A DNA stretch of 64,000 nt from Eledone cirrhosa (taxonomy: Eukaryota): NCBI GenBank assembly GCA_964016885.1, contig OZ024751.1:12152001-12216000 (forward strand), in the 5' to 3' direction. How positions within the stretch are numbered: the first letter of the stretch is position 1; each line of letters starts with the position of its first letter. The position numbers were made by a program, and so were the translations under genes. This document shows positions 15,357-28,439 of this stretch, piece after piece. A model generated the notes under the pieces. The model did not search any database and was not told the DNA's origin. It was given only the letters and a program-made list of their open reading frames with translations.

Positions 15357-15360
<4 letters not shown>
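15193..15360. mobile_element. MITE with pogo/Tigger-like TIRs
   Basis: CCGAACTTCCTGGCGTCGAAGACGCT ... AGCGTCTCCGGCGCCGGGGAATACGG imperfect ~26-bp TIRs; the expected TA target duplication is not clean. Confidence 0.6.
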
Positions 15361-15429
<69 letters not shown>

Positions 15430-15434
15430 CGGAC

Positions 15435-15589
15435 GAAATGTGGTAAGGAACCAGGTTGACCATAACGCACCAAAGTACTCAATACTTGGAGTAGTAGTGT
15501 GGGTAATAGGAACCAGTAAGACCCCGACGGCTGAATCCAGAATTAGCCGTCGAAACGGCTTGAGCTCAGCCGTCGGGGTCTTACTGGTT

Positions 15590-15594
<5 letters not shown>
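15435..15594. mobile_element. Penelope-like pLTR fragment (family B) with perfect 29-bp inverted arms
   Basis: Arms 15506-15534 / 15566-15594. Contains GAAA-CGGCT-tgagctc-AGCCG-TC (helix III plus GUC site) but the CUGANGA half is replaced by the inversion; (TA)n on both sides. Confidence 0.6.
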
Positions 15595-15657
<63 letters not shown>

Positions 15658-15802
15658 CATTTACACTAACATGAAGTTAGAAGCCTCAACATACGGTTTT
15701 GTCCGTCTTCAGGGTTTATTTGCCTAACTTGCTAAACTATTTTCCATAGTTAAAAACTTGCGTTGAAACTTAAACTCAATAACAATCATACCCACTCAAT
15801 TA

Positions 15803-15854
<52 letters not shown>

Positions 15855-15987
15855 ATGTGTGTGGGTTTTAAAGGGTCTGGAAGTGATATTAGCCCAAATA
15901 TCGAGTACTCTGTTATGTAATGGTCCAACCAGTTTCAAACTGAATCCATCCTGATGTTTATATATACATAGAAAGATAGAGATAGAA

Positions 15988-16115
<128 letters not shown>

Positions 16116-16116
16116 A

Positions 16117-16232
16117 TCAAATCCCGCCGAGGTTAACTTCGCCTTTCATCCTTACGGGATCGATAAAATAAAGTACCAGTAATACACTGGGTAATTGCTG
16201 GCCTTGTGCCTAACGTAGAAACAATTATTATT
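16117..16232 (+). mobile_element. Nin-domain SINE, 5' truncated
   Basis: Same family; ends in ATTATTATTA and follows an (ATT)n tract. Confidence 0.85.
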
Positions 16233-16234
16233 AC

Positions 16235-16270
<36 letters not shown>

Positions 16271-16557
16271 CAATAAAGTATGTCCATAGAATCATTTGAT
16301 AAAATATACACATCATCTCCTCTCCCAATCAGCATAATCAACCACACAAAAAAACAATTAAACAAGGCTATAAGATTAAAAGGCACCTATGAAGAAACAA
16401 TAGATAAATAAACGACAGCTATCTATCTGCGATCAACAGCTATAGAATATTTACCCACCATTTCTAATAGCACGTGGAAATCGATTAAATATATCGTCAA
16501 CCATACACAATTAGGTATAAAATCAAAGTTAGAAGAAAAAATGTATATAAGCATACC

Positions 16558-16619
<62 letters not shown>

Positions 16620-17914
16620 ATATTTCAATGCGTACAAAGGTTATCATAAGATCCACAAAATCAAATACAACGTTAACATATTTAAGCACTAGATATTTCT
16701 CAAAAATTACTAAATGAAAGTTTGCAAATAAAAACATAATAGCTTGAAAGTTAAAACTACAAAAGATAACCATGAAAAAGCAATTTAAAACATCTAAAAC
16801 TTTTAAGAAATTATTCTAAAACCAACTATAGGTAACCAATCTCAACATAGTTTACAAATTCAATGTACGATTCTACACCAAAAAGAACTCCGGGAAATTA
16901 CACAATTATAACTACAACAAACATTTTCAAATTAAACCATACTAACCAGACATGTGATTACATAAAGAACAATAAAAATAATGGAGAATATTTATCCAAA
17001 ATATCAATCTTATATAACCACAACATTACAAAATTAAACAAAAATTTTCCACAAAAAATAATACCAAGAAAATAAAATCAGACAAATGTAACTAGAAGAA
17101 ATTCCACGATTGAAACCACAACAGCCATTAATATAACCACAATAAGATCAGTAAAAAATATCCGAAGGGGAAAAAAATTCATAAAAATAATCAGAACGAA
17201 ACCTACAAGAAAGATAAGCAGATTGACAACGACGACAAGGTTTTATAGAAAGCTAAGGCATTGATGCAAATTGCTACTGTGAAGCTTCTTCTGTGAAACC
17301 GCAGGGACTAGGGAACTCTCTGCGGTTTACAGTGTGGTTCCTGTTTAAGATGAAGAGTGTTGGGCGGTGGTGGAGTAAGGAGTTGCAGGAAAGGGAGTGA
17401 TGATGTTCAGAAAACCGCAGACACTTCGTGACGTCATCATTGCCAACGTTTCGTCGTACGTTAACGATCACAGGAAACGGGAGGGAGGATGGATGGCGTG
17501 GCGTGGCGTGGCGTGGCGTGGCGTGGCGTGGAGTGGAGTGGAGACGTGCGACGGTCGATAACAGAGTGGTAGTGGATGGGGAGTGGTTGAGTATAGGGAG
17601 TGAGGGAGTAATTGAGTGAGTGTGGTTGCTACGAGTGTGGGGGGCGGGGAGTGGGTTGGTGTTTAAGTGTGGAGCGAGGAGATGATGAGTGTTTGAGGAA
17701 GGAGGGGATGTCTTTATTTCAAGGAAGATGAGAAGGGAGAATCGGACTGAGACAAGGAACGGAGTGAGAGAGAAGTGGGGAGGGGAGGAGAAGTAAGAGC
17801 AAGGGATGGAACGTGGGGTGGAGTGGAGATGTTAGTGTTTTGTAAGAGGGTGGGGGTGGATTGGAGATGAAGTCAGGGACAGAAGTATCCAGAAGGGGAA
17901 TAAAGACATTATTG

Positions 17915-19312
17915 GTGATGATGGTGAAGGTGGTAGCTGTGGCTGTGGTACTGGTGGTGGTGAAGGTGGTAGCTGTGGCTGTGGTACTGGTGGTGGTGAA
18001 GGTGGTAGCTGTGGTGGTTTGGTGGTGGTGAAGGTGGTAGCTGTGGTGGTTTGGTGGTGGTGATGGTGAAGGTGGTAGCTGTGGTGGTTTGGTGGTGGTG
18101 AAGGTGGTTGCTGTGGCTGTGGTACTGGTGGTGGTGGCGGTGGTGAAGGTGGTAGCTGTGGTGTTGGTGGTGGTGATGGTGAAGGTGGTAGCAGTGGTGG
18201 TGGTGAAGGTGGTAGCTGTGGTGGTGGTGGTGGTGGTGAAGGTGGTAGCTGTGGTGTTGGTGGTGGTGATGGTGAAGGTGGTAGCAGTGGTGGTGGTGAA
18301 GGTGGTAGCGGTGGTGGTGAAGGTGGTAGCTGTGGTGGTGGTGGTGGTGATGGTGAAGGTGGTAGCAGTGGTGGTGGTGAAGGTGGTAGCGGTGGTGGTG
18401 AAGGTGGTAGCTATGGTGGTGGTGGTGGTGAAGGTGGTAGCTGTGGTGGTGGTGGTGGTGGTGGTGAAGGTGGTAGCAGTGGCTGTGGTATTGGTGGTTG
18501 TGCTGGTGAAGGTGGTAGCTGTGGTGGTGGTGGTGGTGGTGAAGGTGGTAGCTGTGGTGGTGGTGGTGGTGGTGAAGGTGGTAGCAGTGGCTGTGGTATT
18601 GGTGGTTGTGCTGGTGAAGGTGGTAGCTGTGGTGGTGGTGGTGGTGGTGAAGGTGGTAGCAGTGGCTGTGGTATTGGTGGTTGTGCTGGTGAAGGTGGTA
18701 GCTGTGGTGGTGGTGGTGGTGGTGAAGGTGGTAGCTGTGGTGGTGGTGGTGGTGGTGAAGGTGGTAGCAGTGGCTGTGGTATTGGTGGTTGTGCTGGTGA
18801 AGGTGGTAGCTGTGGTGGTGGTGGTGGTGGTGAAGGTGGTAGCTGTGGTGGTGGTGGTGGTGGTGGTGAAGGTGGTAGCAGTGGCTGTGGTATTGGTGGT
18901 TGTGCTGGTGAAGGTGGTAGCTGTGGTGGTGGTGGTGGTGGTGAAGGTGGTAGCTGTGGTGGTGGTGGTGGTGGTGGTGGTGAAGGTGGTAGCAGTGGCT
19001 GTGGTATTGGTGGTTGTGCTGGTGAAGGTGGTAGCTGTGGTGGTGGTGGTGGTGGTGAAGGTGGTAGCTGTGGCTGTGGTATTGGTGATGCTGGTGGCGG
19101 TTGTGGTAGTGGTGGCAGTAGTGGTTGTATCATTGGTGGTGATGGTGGAGGCGGCAGAGGTGGTGGCGGTAGTGGCATTGGTGGGGATGGAGAAGGTGAT
19201 AGCGGTGGTTGTGACGTGGTGGTGGTAGTGGCGTTGATGTTGAAGGTGGTGGCAGTGGTTATGTCAATGGCGATGGTGGGGGTGGAAGTGGTGGTGGTGG
19301 TGGTGGTGGTAG
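17915..19312. repeat. GGTGAAGGTGGTAGC-core minisatellite with higher-order units
   Basis: Direct inspection; blocks containing GCAGTGGCTGTGGTATTGGTGGTTGTGCT recur in 18470-19090. Confidence 0.95.
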
Positions 19313-19929
19313 AGGGATGAGTGGAAAATAATAAATATGAAAAGACAAATACGAGAGAATGTAAGATATAATTATAGAGCAGATAATGACGGCAATCTTG
19401 GAGACACACATACACACACACACACACATATACATATATATACAGCCACACTGGCATATACACATACACACAGCCATACATACACACTGCCATACATACA
19501 CACAGTCACACAAACACACACACACACTGCCACACAAGCACACATAGAGTATATTGACACTGACACACATCAAACAGCCAGCCATGCGAATAGATAGATA
19601 GATAGATAGATATAGGGCGGTGCCCCAGCATGGTCTCAGCCGGATGGCTGGAACAGGTAAAATAGTAAAAGAGATAGAGAGATAAATAGATAGATAGTCA
19701 TATATTCAGAATGAAATTTTAGAAATAAGAAAAATGAAGATATAAATACATAAATAGGTGTATAAAAAGTATATATAAACTACACACATATATATATATA
19801 TATATATATAGTAATAATAATAAATTTGAAGACTAAAATCCAAAGAGGGCTCGATAAGGATAAATATATATCAAATATATAAGAACCGTAGAGCAAATAT
19901 TTATTAAAATATTTATTAAAATATTTATT

Positions 19930-19960
<31 letters not shown>

Positions 19961-20191
19961 TCTTCCTTTTTCTTCTTCCTACTCATACATACATATAACC
20001 TAATTATTTAAATTCTGCATAGCGTCTAAAATAACGTTTTTTCAGCCCTGTACATCAACCTCATTTGCATACTCATCTTAATAATTTGAAATATCTGACT
20101 TTTCTTCTCTCATCCCTTCACTATCCAAGGAAAACTTGAACCGTTAAGGTATCTTTTCGGGGTTATGTTAAAATTTATAAAACAAACTTTG

Positions 20192-20252
20192 TATTTTATC
20201 TGATGAAAGTGTACCAAAGTTTTGGTACCCTTGAAATATATATAATAGAATA
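20192..20252 (+). ncRNA. Minimal type I hammerhead ribozyme, intact core
   Basis: tattttat-CTGATGA-aagtgtaccaa.agtt.ttggtaccctt-GAAA-TATATA-TA-atagaata. Confidence 0.82.
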
Positions 20253-20401
20253 AATATGGTTTTATAAATATAGTTTCCATTTATTTAATATCATTGAATA
20301 TTATACTCCAGAAATATGTCGAGTGCTCTGAATCTGTTATAAACATTTATATTTGTTGAATTACCAACAAATTGAATATTTCTTTTGCTTATATATATAT
20401 A

Positions 20402-20537
<136 letters not shown>

Positions 20538-20655
20538 TCATATATATATAGATATATATATTATATATATTTATATTATATATATATTTATATATATATT
20601 TATATTATATATATATTTATATATATATTTATATTTATATATATATATATTTATA

Positions 20656-20706
<51 letters not shown>

Positions 20707-20747
20707 ATGATATTAATAAATGGAAACTATATTTATAAAACCATATT

Positions 20748-20808
20748 TATTCTATTATATATATTTTAAGGGTACCAAAACTTTGGTACGCTTTCATCAG
20801 ATAAAATA
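20748..20808 (-). ncRNA. Hammerhead motif with G12>A mutation (probably inactive)
   Basis: Inverted copy of 20192-20252 reading AAAA instead of GAAA. Confidence 0.65.
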
Positions 20809-20828
20809 CAAAATGTGTTTTATAAATT

Positions 20829-21475
20829 GTGTGTTTATGCGAGTCTGTATGTGTGTTTATGAGAGAGTTTGTATGTGTGTGTTTATGAGAGTCTGTATGT
20901 GTGTGTATATGAGAGTCTGTATGTGTGTGTATATGAGAGTTTGTATGTGTGTGTGTGTATGAGAGTTTGTATATGTGTGTTTGTGTGTGTATATGAGAAT
21001 TTGTATGTGTGTGTTTATGAGAGAGTGTGTGTGTGTTTATGAGAGTCTGTATGTGTGTTTATGAGAGTTTGGATGTGTGTGTTTATGGGAGAATCTGTAT
21101 GTGTGTTTATGAGAGTCTGCATGTGTGTGTTTATAGGAGAGTGTGTATGTGTGTGTTTATGAGAGAGTCTGTATATGTGTGTTTATGCGAGTCTCTGTGT
21201 ATGTGTGTGTTTACAAGAGAGTGTGTGTGTGTGTATGTGTGTGTTTATATGAGAGTCTATATGTGTGTTTATAAGAGTTTGTATGTATGTGTTTATGGGA
21301 GAATCTGTATGTGTGTTTATGAGAGTCTGCATGTGTGTATTTATGAGAGAGTGTTTATGTGTGTGTTTATGAGAGAGTCTGTATATGTGTGTTTATGCGA
21401 GTCTCTGTGTATGTGTGTGTTTACCAGAGAGTATGTGTGTGTATGTGTGTGTTTATATGCGAGTCTGTATGTGTG
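20829..21475. repeat. (GT)n/GAGAGT minisatellite with a ~210-bp higher-order duplication
   Basis: GTTTATGGGAGAATCTGTATG occurs at 21081 and 21291. Confidence 0.85.
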
Positions 21476-22057
21476 TTCCTTAATGCATGCACTGAAGGAA
21501 GAAGGAAAGACATGATAAGATGCAGGCAGAGCATACATACAAGATAGACGGACATGTTGTAAAGAAAATGTGAGAAAGAAAGGTAGAGAGAGATAACTGA
21601 TAGAGAGAGAGAGACATACAGACATACAGATAGACTGATAGTTAGATAGATAGACAGACTCTTAGATAGACTGACAGATACACATGAGGACAGAGAGATA
21701 GATAGATAGATAGACAGAGAGACAGATATATAGACTTACTGAGAGATAGATATGTTTCTTAGACAAATAGATAGACAGACAGGCTGATAGACAGTTAGTT
21801 AGATAGACTGAGAGATAGACGGGCAGATAAATAGAGAGACATATATGTTTCTTAGACAGATTGATAGATAAATAGATAGACAGACTTACTGAGAGATAGA
21901 TAGATAGATAGACTGATAGATAGATAGATAGATAAATAGATAGACAGACTTACTGAGAGAGAGATAGATATAAAGATAGATAGATAGATAGATTGATTGA
22001 TAGATAGATAGATAGATAATAGAAAGATAGACAGATAGATAGATAGATAGATAGATA

Positions 22058-22411
22058 AATTTCTTTATTAGCCACAAGGGCACAAAAGAAGGGGACAAAT
22101 ACAAATGGGGAGTTTACATACAGGTATATAAAAATAAAACTATTAATAAAATAACAAATAACAATTGAAATCCCCAATAGGGGGGAGGTGTTACACAGGG
22201 GTTGTACACACCCCGAAAAAATGTACAACCCTCATCTCCAGGAGTACCAAGAGTGAGTACTCCCTTCCTCTTTTTCCTCAACCTACAGGCTTATATAGAG
22301 AGAAGGCCCAACCACTCGGGCCATCTTTGCCATATTCACCCACCATTTATAGAATTTGCTGGGGTAGAGCACCTCTCTCTCCATCCTGATTCTTCTTCCA
22401 AAATGATATTT
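22058..22411 (-). mobile_element. L1/Tx1-like non-LTR retrotransposon 3' end inserted in (GATA)n
   Basis: Encodes KYHFGRRIRMEREVLYPSKFYKWWVNMAKMARVVGPSLYISL*; diverged paralog of 13765-14228. Confidence 0.65.
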
Positions 22412-23438
22412 GATAGATAGATAGATGGACAGATAGAGGAAGCAGAGAGAAGATGCTGTGAGAGAGGATTTGGGAAGGAGGGCTATAAAAACGATGAGAT
22501 GGTGATGTCGTCAATATAATTTCCTTTGTTAAGGAAGAAAACATCGCCCGAAACCCTCCCATCCACCGTTTCCCACTCTCTCCTCGCACACTCTGTGGTG
22601 TTGGTGGTGGGGAGGTGGTGTTAGTGGTGGTGGTAGTGGTGGTGGTGATGGTGGTGGTGGTGATAGTTGTGGCGGTTGTGGTGGTAGTGGCGGTGGGTGA
22701 TAGTTGTGGTGGTTGTAGTGGCGTCGACGGTGGTGGTGGTTGTTGTTGTTGTTGTTGTTTGCGCAAGATGAATGTAAGGGGAGATGGTCGGGGTTGAGAT
22801 GGAGGCGAATCTTAATAGGGGGTAATGTGGTGGTGGTGGTGATGAGGGGGGGGGGAGATATTGTTGTGGTGTTGGCGGACATTTTCGGTAGAAAGGCGGC
22901 GGGAGACGATGGGTGCAGGGGTGGTGGGTTGTCATCTGTCATTTTGATTCTCTTCTTAATACTGATGGTAGTGGTGGTAGTGACGGTAATGTGACTGCTG
23001 TGGTTAAAATGGTGGTAGGGGTGGAGGTAGTTGTTGTGGTGTCTGTAGTTGTGGTTCTGTTGATGTGGGTTTTGTGGTTGTGCTCGTTATTATGGTGGTT
23101 TTAGTGGTTGCGGTTCTTGGTTAAGGGGAGGGTGAGGTGGTTTTTTTTGCTGGATTGGGTTGGGTTGGGTTGTGTGTTGATTGGAGGGGAGAAGCAGTGG
23201 TAAGAGCAGTTGTAATGGTAGTAGAGATAGTGGTGGGTACGTCGGTGGTAGTTATGAAGAAGGTGTTGGCGGCGGTTCTAGTGGTCGTGAGAGATGATGG
23301 TGGAGGTGTTAGTGGTGGTTATGAACACGGTGGAGGAGGTGGTGGTGGTAGAGGTGAGGGTGGTCGTCTGAGGTGATGATGGAGGTGTTAGTGGTGGCTG
23401 TGGTAATAATTAAGATGATAGCAGTAGTCCTCGTGTTA

Positions 23439-23629
23439 TGGATTGGCAGTATCGGTAGAGGATCAGACGCCACGCTTTGCAGTATAGAGTTACGGCCCTT
23501 TGCGTTCTGAGTTCACATCCCGCCGAGATCAACTTTGCCTGTCATCCTTACGGGGTCGATAAAATAAAGTACCAGTAATGCACTGAGATAATTGCTGGCC
23601 CTGTGCCAAAAGTAGAAACAATTATTATT
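23439..23629 (+). mobile_element. Nin-domain tRNA-derived SINE, full length
   Basis: TGGCAGTATCGG A box, GTTCACATCC B box, Nin-type domain, ATTATT tail. Confidence 0.88.
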
Positions 23630-23703
23630 GGTGGCCGTGTCAGGGGTAGTTTTGGTATCTGTTTATCCCCAAGTATTCTTCCAGAAAACTTAGCTATGAT
23701 TCA

Positions 23704-23853
23704 AACCGCTTTAACCCTGCTCTAACCCTGCTCTAACCCTGCTCTAACCGTGCCCTAATCTTGCTCTAACCGTGCCCTAACCGTGACCTAACCCTAACCC
23801 TAACCCTGCTCTAACCCTGCTCTAACCGTGCCCTAATCGTGCCCTAACCGTAC
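23704..23853. repeat. Variant telomere-like 11-bp array (CTAACCCTGCT / CTAACCGTGCC) with embedded (CCCTAA) units
   Basis: About 12 units; perfect CCTAACCCTAACCCTAACCCT at 23787-23807; 13-bp-arm hairpin at 23874-23914. Confidence 0.85.
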
Positions 23854-24061
23854 CCACCTCATCATTTTTACTCTATGAAGGAACACAAACCTATATTAAT
23901 CGTGTCCCTTCATAAAACAATGGGCAATGGTACTAATGGTATTGGTGCTATTGGAGGTTGGTGACGGAAGTGGTGGTGGTGATGGTAATGGTTTTTGCAG
24001 AGGTATTGGTAGTGTGGTTGAGTAAGTCGTGCTTGTGGTGGTGGTGTTAGTGGTGGTAGAG

Positions 24062-24439
24062 TTAATAATTGTTTCTCCTTTAGGCACAAGGCCAGCAATT
24101 ACCCAGTGCATTACTGGTACTTTATTTTATCGACCCCGTAAGGATGAAAGGCAAAGTCAACCTCGGCGGGATTTGAACTCAGATCGTAAAGGGACGTAAC
24201 TATGCTGGAAAGCATGGCGTCCGACCCTCTACCGATACTGCCAATCCACTTAATAATTGTTTCTACTTTTGGCACAAGGCCAGCAAATACCCAGTACATT
24301 ACTGGTACTTTATTTTATCGACCCCGTAAGGATGAAAGGCAAAGTTAACCTCGGCGGGATTTGAACTCAGATTATAAAGGGACGTAACTCTATGCTTCAA
24401 AGCATGGCGTCCGACTCTCTACCGATACTGCCAATCCAC
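24062..24439 (-). mobile_element. Two head-to-tail Nin-domain SINEs (24062-24249, 24250-24439)
   Basis: Two ~190-bp copies with TTAATAAT at all three junctions. Confidence 0.9.
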
Positions 24440-24599
24440 TTAATAATGGTAATCGTTGTGTAATTATAGTGGTGGTAGTGGGGGGTGATGGTAGTTGTGA
24501 CGGCGATGGAAGTAGTGATGGTGGTGTTGATGGTAGAGGTTCTGGTGGTGTGTAGAAAGGTCGTGGGGTGACGTAGGGTGATTCTAGAAGTGGTAATAA

Positions 24600-25604
24600 A
24601 ATTGGTGGTGGTATTGAGAGTTCTGGTGGTGGTGGTGATGATAGTGGCGGTGGTGATGGTAGTGGTGGTGGTGATGATAGTGGTGATGGTGGTGGTGGTG
24701 GTGGTGATGGTAGAGGTGGTGGTGATGATAGTGGTGGTAGTGGTGTTGATGGTAGAGGTAGTTGTGATGGTAGAGGTGGTGGTGATGATAATGGTGGTGG
24801 TGGTGTTGGTGGTAGAGGTGGTGGTGATGATAATGGTGGTGGTGGTGTTGGTGGTAGAGGTAGTTGTGATGGTAGAGGTAGTGGTGATGATAGTGGTGGT
24901 GCTGGTGTTGATGGTAGAGGTAGTTGTGATGGTAGAGGTGGTGGTGATGATAATGGTGGTGGTGGTGTTGGTGGTAGAGGTAGTTGTGACGGTAGAGGTG
25001 GTGGTGATGATAATGGTGGTGTTGGTGTTGGTGGTAGAGGTAGTAGTGATGGTAGTGGTGGTGATGCTGGTAGTGGTGTCAGTGGTAGTGGTCCTAGTAG
25101 CATTGGTGGTAGTGTTAAGAAGTAGTAAACGTGGTTTGCTACTTCTGGGCCTGGTGGTGGTGTAAGTCTTAGTAGTGGCTGGGGTGCAAGTGGTCGTCAT
25201 GATGGTGGTGGTGGTGGTGGTAGCGATAGTGGTGGTGATGGTGGAGTTTGAAATGTTTGTCGTGATGATGGTGGTGGTGGTAGCGATAGTGTTGGTGATA
25301 GTGGTGGTGGTGGTGTTAGTAGTGGAGTACTGGAGGAGGTAGAGTTTTTGGTGGGGGGAAATGTTTATGGCGACGGTGGTAATGGTGTTTGTTGTTTAAC
25401 TGGTGGTGGTAGTGGTAGTAGTTGCGTGGGTTGAGGCGCTGGTAGAAACGGTTGCTGTGGTGACGGCAGTGAGAGTTGTGAGTGAAAATGATAATGGTAA
25501 CCGCAATGAGAAGTTGTAATGGTGGAGTGCATGCTGGGTAGTGTGACGGTGGGGGACATATTCTCGAAGGAATTGAAGAGAAGGATTGACATTTGAGGTG
25601 ACCC

Positions 25605-25635
<31 letters not shown>

Positions 25636-27300
25636 GGTGGTTGTCCTGGTGGTAGCGGTGGTGGTAGTTGTGGTGGTAACGGTGGTGGTAGTTGTGGAGG
25701 TAGGGGTGGTGGTTGTCCTGGTGGTAGTGGTGGTCGTAGTTATGGAGGTAGCGGTGGTGGTAGTTGTGGTGGTAGCGGTGGTGGCTGTCCTGGTGGTAGC
25801 GGTGGTGGTAGTTGCGGTGGTAGCGGTAGTGGTTGTCTTGGTGGTAGCGGTGGTGGTAGTTGTGGTGGTAGTGGTGGCGGTAGTTGTGGTGGTAGTGGTG
25901 GCAGTTGTCCTGGTGGTAGCGGTGGTGGTAGTTGTGGTGGTAGTGGTGGAGATTGTCCTGGTGGTAGCGGTGGTGGTAGTTGCGGTGGTAACGGTAGTGG
26001 TTGTCTTGGTGGTAGCAGTGGTGGTAGTTGTGGTGGTTGTGGTGGCAGTTGTCCTGGTGGTAGCGGTGGTGGTAGTTGTGGTGGTAGTGGTGGAGGTTGT
26101 CCTGGTGGTAGCGGTGGTCGTAGTTGTGGTGGTAGTGGTGGCAGTTGTCCTGGTGGTAGCGGTGGTGGTAGTTGTGGTGGTAGTGGTGGAGATTGTCCTG
26201 GTGGTAACGGTGGTGGTAGTTGCGGTGGTAACGGTAGTGGTTGTCTTGGTGGTAGCGGTGGTGGTAGTTGTGGTGGTTGTGGTGGCAGTTGTCCTGGTGG
26301 TAGCGGTGGTGGTAGTTGTGGTGGTAGTGGTGGAGGTTGTCCTGGTGGTAGCGGTGGTCGTAGTTGTGGTGGTAGTGGTGGTGGTTGTCCTGGTGGTAGC
26401 GGTGGTAGTAGTTGTGGTGGTAGTGGTGGCGCTTGTCCTGGTGGTAGCGGTGGTGGTAGTTGTGGTGGTAGTGGTGGAGGTTGTCCTGGTGGTAGCGGTG
26501 GTGGTAGTTGTGGTGGTAGTGGTGGTGGTTGTCCTGGTGGTAGCGGTGGTGGTAGTTGTGGTGGTAGTGGTGGCGATTGTCCTGGTGGTAGCGGTGGTGG
26601 TAGTTGTGGTGGTAGTGGTGGCGGTTGTCCTGGTGGTAGCGGTGGTGGTAGTTGAGATGGTAGCGGTGGTGGTAGTTGAGATGGTAGCACAGGTGGTTAT
26701 CCTTGTGGTTGTGATAATGATGTTGGTGCTGGTGTTGGTGGTAGTAGTGGTGGTGGTGGTGGTATTGATAGTGGTAATGATGCTGATTGTGGTGGTAGTG
26801 GTGGTGGGGATACTGATGATACTTTTGATGGCGGTGATGATGTTAATGGTGGAAGTAGTTTTAGTGGTGACGATGGTGATGATGCTGATGGTAGTGGTAG
26901 TTTTGGTGTAGGTGATGGTGGCGATGATGGTTGTGGTGGTGATGATGGTGGTGATGCCGATGGTGGTGATGCCGATGGTTATGGTAGTGGTGGTGGTGGT
27001 GGTGGTGGTGATGATGTTTGTAGTGGTGATGATGGTGGTGATGCCGATGGTGGTAGTTTTGGTGGTGGTGGTGGTGGTGGCGATGATGGTTGTGGGGGTG
27101 ATGATGGTGATAGTGGTGGTGGCGGTGGTGGTGGTGGTGGTCATACTAACGATAGTGGTGGCGGTGTGGCGGTGTTTGTGTTAGTGATGTATGGATGGTG
27201 GATGGTGGTAGTGGTAGTGGTAGTGCTTGTGATGGTGACGGTGGTGTTAGTGATAGTGACAACGGTGTTAGTGGTGATGATGATGGTGGTAGTGGTGGTG
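24600..27300. repeat. GGT-based minisatellites (60-bp unit at ~24.7-25.05 kb; 48-bp GTCCTGGT-core unit at ~25.64-26.65 kb)
   Basis: Direct inspection; the poly-T/V/P ORFs are their translations. Confidence 0.93.
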
Positions 27301-27469
27301 TGGAATATTGCTGTTAACAGTGGATGACGGGGCGGCAGCAGACGTGTGGGTGTCGTATGGTATGGTGTCGGGTGGGGTAGTCATTATGGCTGTGGTGTTT
27401 TGAGGTGTGTGGGGAGATGATAGCAATGGCGGAGTAGATAGGGTGCATAAATATATATGTGTGCGTTTG

Positions 27470-27592
27470 TATATATATATATATACGTGTCTCTGTACGT
27501 TTGAATGCGTCGATATATATATATATAAATACGTGTATATATATATATATAGACGTATATATATATATATATATACGTGTATATATATAGAC

Positions 27593-27623
<31 letters not shown>

Positions 27624-27846
27624 CGTGTATATATTTATATAGACGTGTATATATATATACGTGTATATATAAACGTGCATATATATATAGACGTGTATAT
27701 ATATATATACGTGTATATATATAGACGTGTATATATACATACGTGTATATATATGTGTATATATATATACGTGTATATATATAGACGTGTATATATATAT
27801 ATGTACGTGTATATTTATAGACGTGTATATATATATATATATAGAC

Positions 27847-27920
<74 letters not shown>

Positions 27921-27945
27921 GTGTCTCTGTGCGTTTGAATGCGTC
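27470..27945. repeat. (TA)n array punctuated by ACGTGT cores and bounded by a duplicated 26-nt block
   Basis: ACGTGTCTCTGT(A/G)CGTTTGAATGCGTC at ~27485 and ~27919. Confidence 0.85.
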
Positions 27946-28326
27946 TATATATGTATATATGTGTTTGTGCATGCACGTATGTAAGTGTGTGCGAATGTGT
28001 ATGTATGTTTGTGATTATGTATGTATATGAATGTATTTATATTTACATACATACATATGTGTGTGTATGTGTGTGTGCGTGTGTGTGTGTGTGTATGTGC
28101 GTGTGTGTGTGTGTACACGTTGCCGTTTATGCTGAAGTGGAGAGGCAGGCACATAGGAGTGAAAGTAATTGATGTGCGGGGCGTGTGTATTTGTATTTGG
28201 TTTGTGTATATGTGTGTGTGTATCTAAAGCTGTGTGTGCGTGTGCCTGTAGCTGTGTGTGTATGTGTGGAAGGATGAGTGTGCCTGGCTGTCTCTGTGTA
28301 TGTACATTAGTATATGTGTATATATA

Positions 28327-28405
28327 TTAGGTTGTAACATAAATTCCCGCCGTCATTGCATACAAACAATATATAACAACGGCGGGAATTTATGTTACAA
28401 CCCAA
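28327..28405. mobile_element. 79-bp mariner-derived (MADE-like) MITE
   Basis: TIRs TTAGGTTGTAACATAAATTCCCGCCGT / ACGGCGGGAATTTATGTTACAACCCAA with TA on both sides. Confidence 0.8.
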
Positions 28406-28439
28406 TATGTATGTGAGAGAATAATTGTGAGAATGTAAT

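Noticed and set aside
15680-15718. CTGAAGA plus cgg/ccg hairpin on the minus strand
   Set aside because: No GAAA follows; at best a deleted relic.
19614-19672. Short GGTGCCCCAGCATGG repeat-like end, and the tRNA-like head at ~60560-60655
   Set aside because: Probably SINE remnants, but single, short and too decayed to support from this window alone.
23439-23525. tRNA gene suggested by A/B boxes
   Set aside because: No complete cloverleaf; it continues into the SINE body found in many copies.
23704-23853. True telomere or chromosome-fusion site
   Set aside because: Short, mostly 11-mer variants, a single orientation and no head-to-head array.
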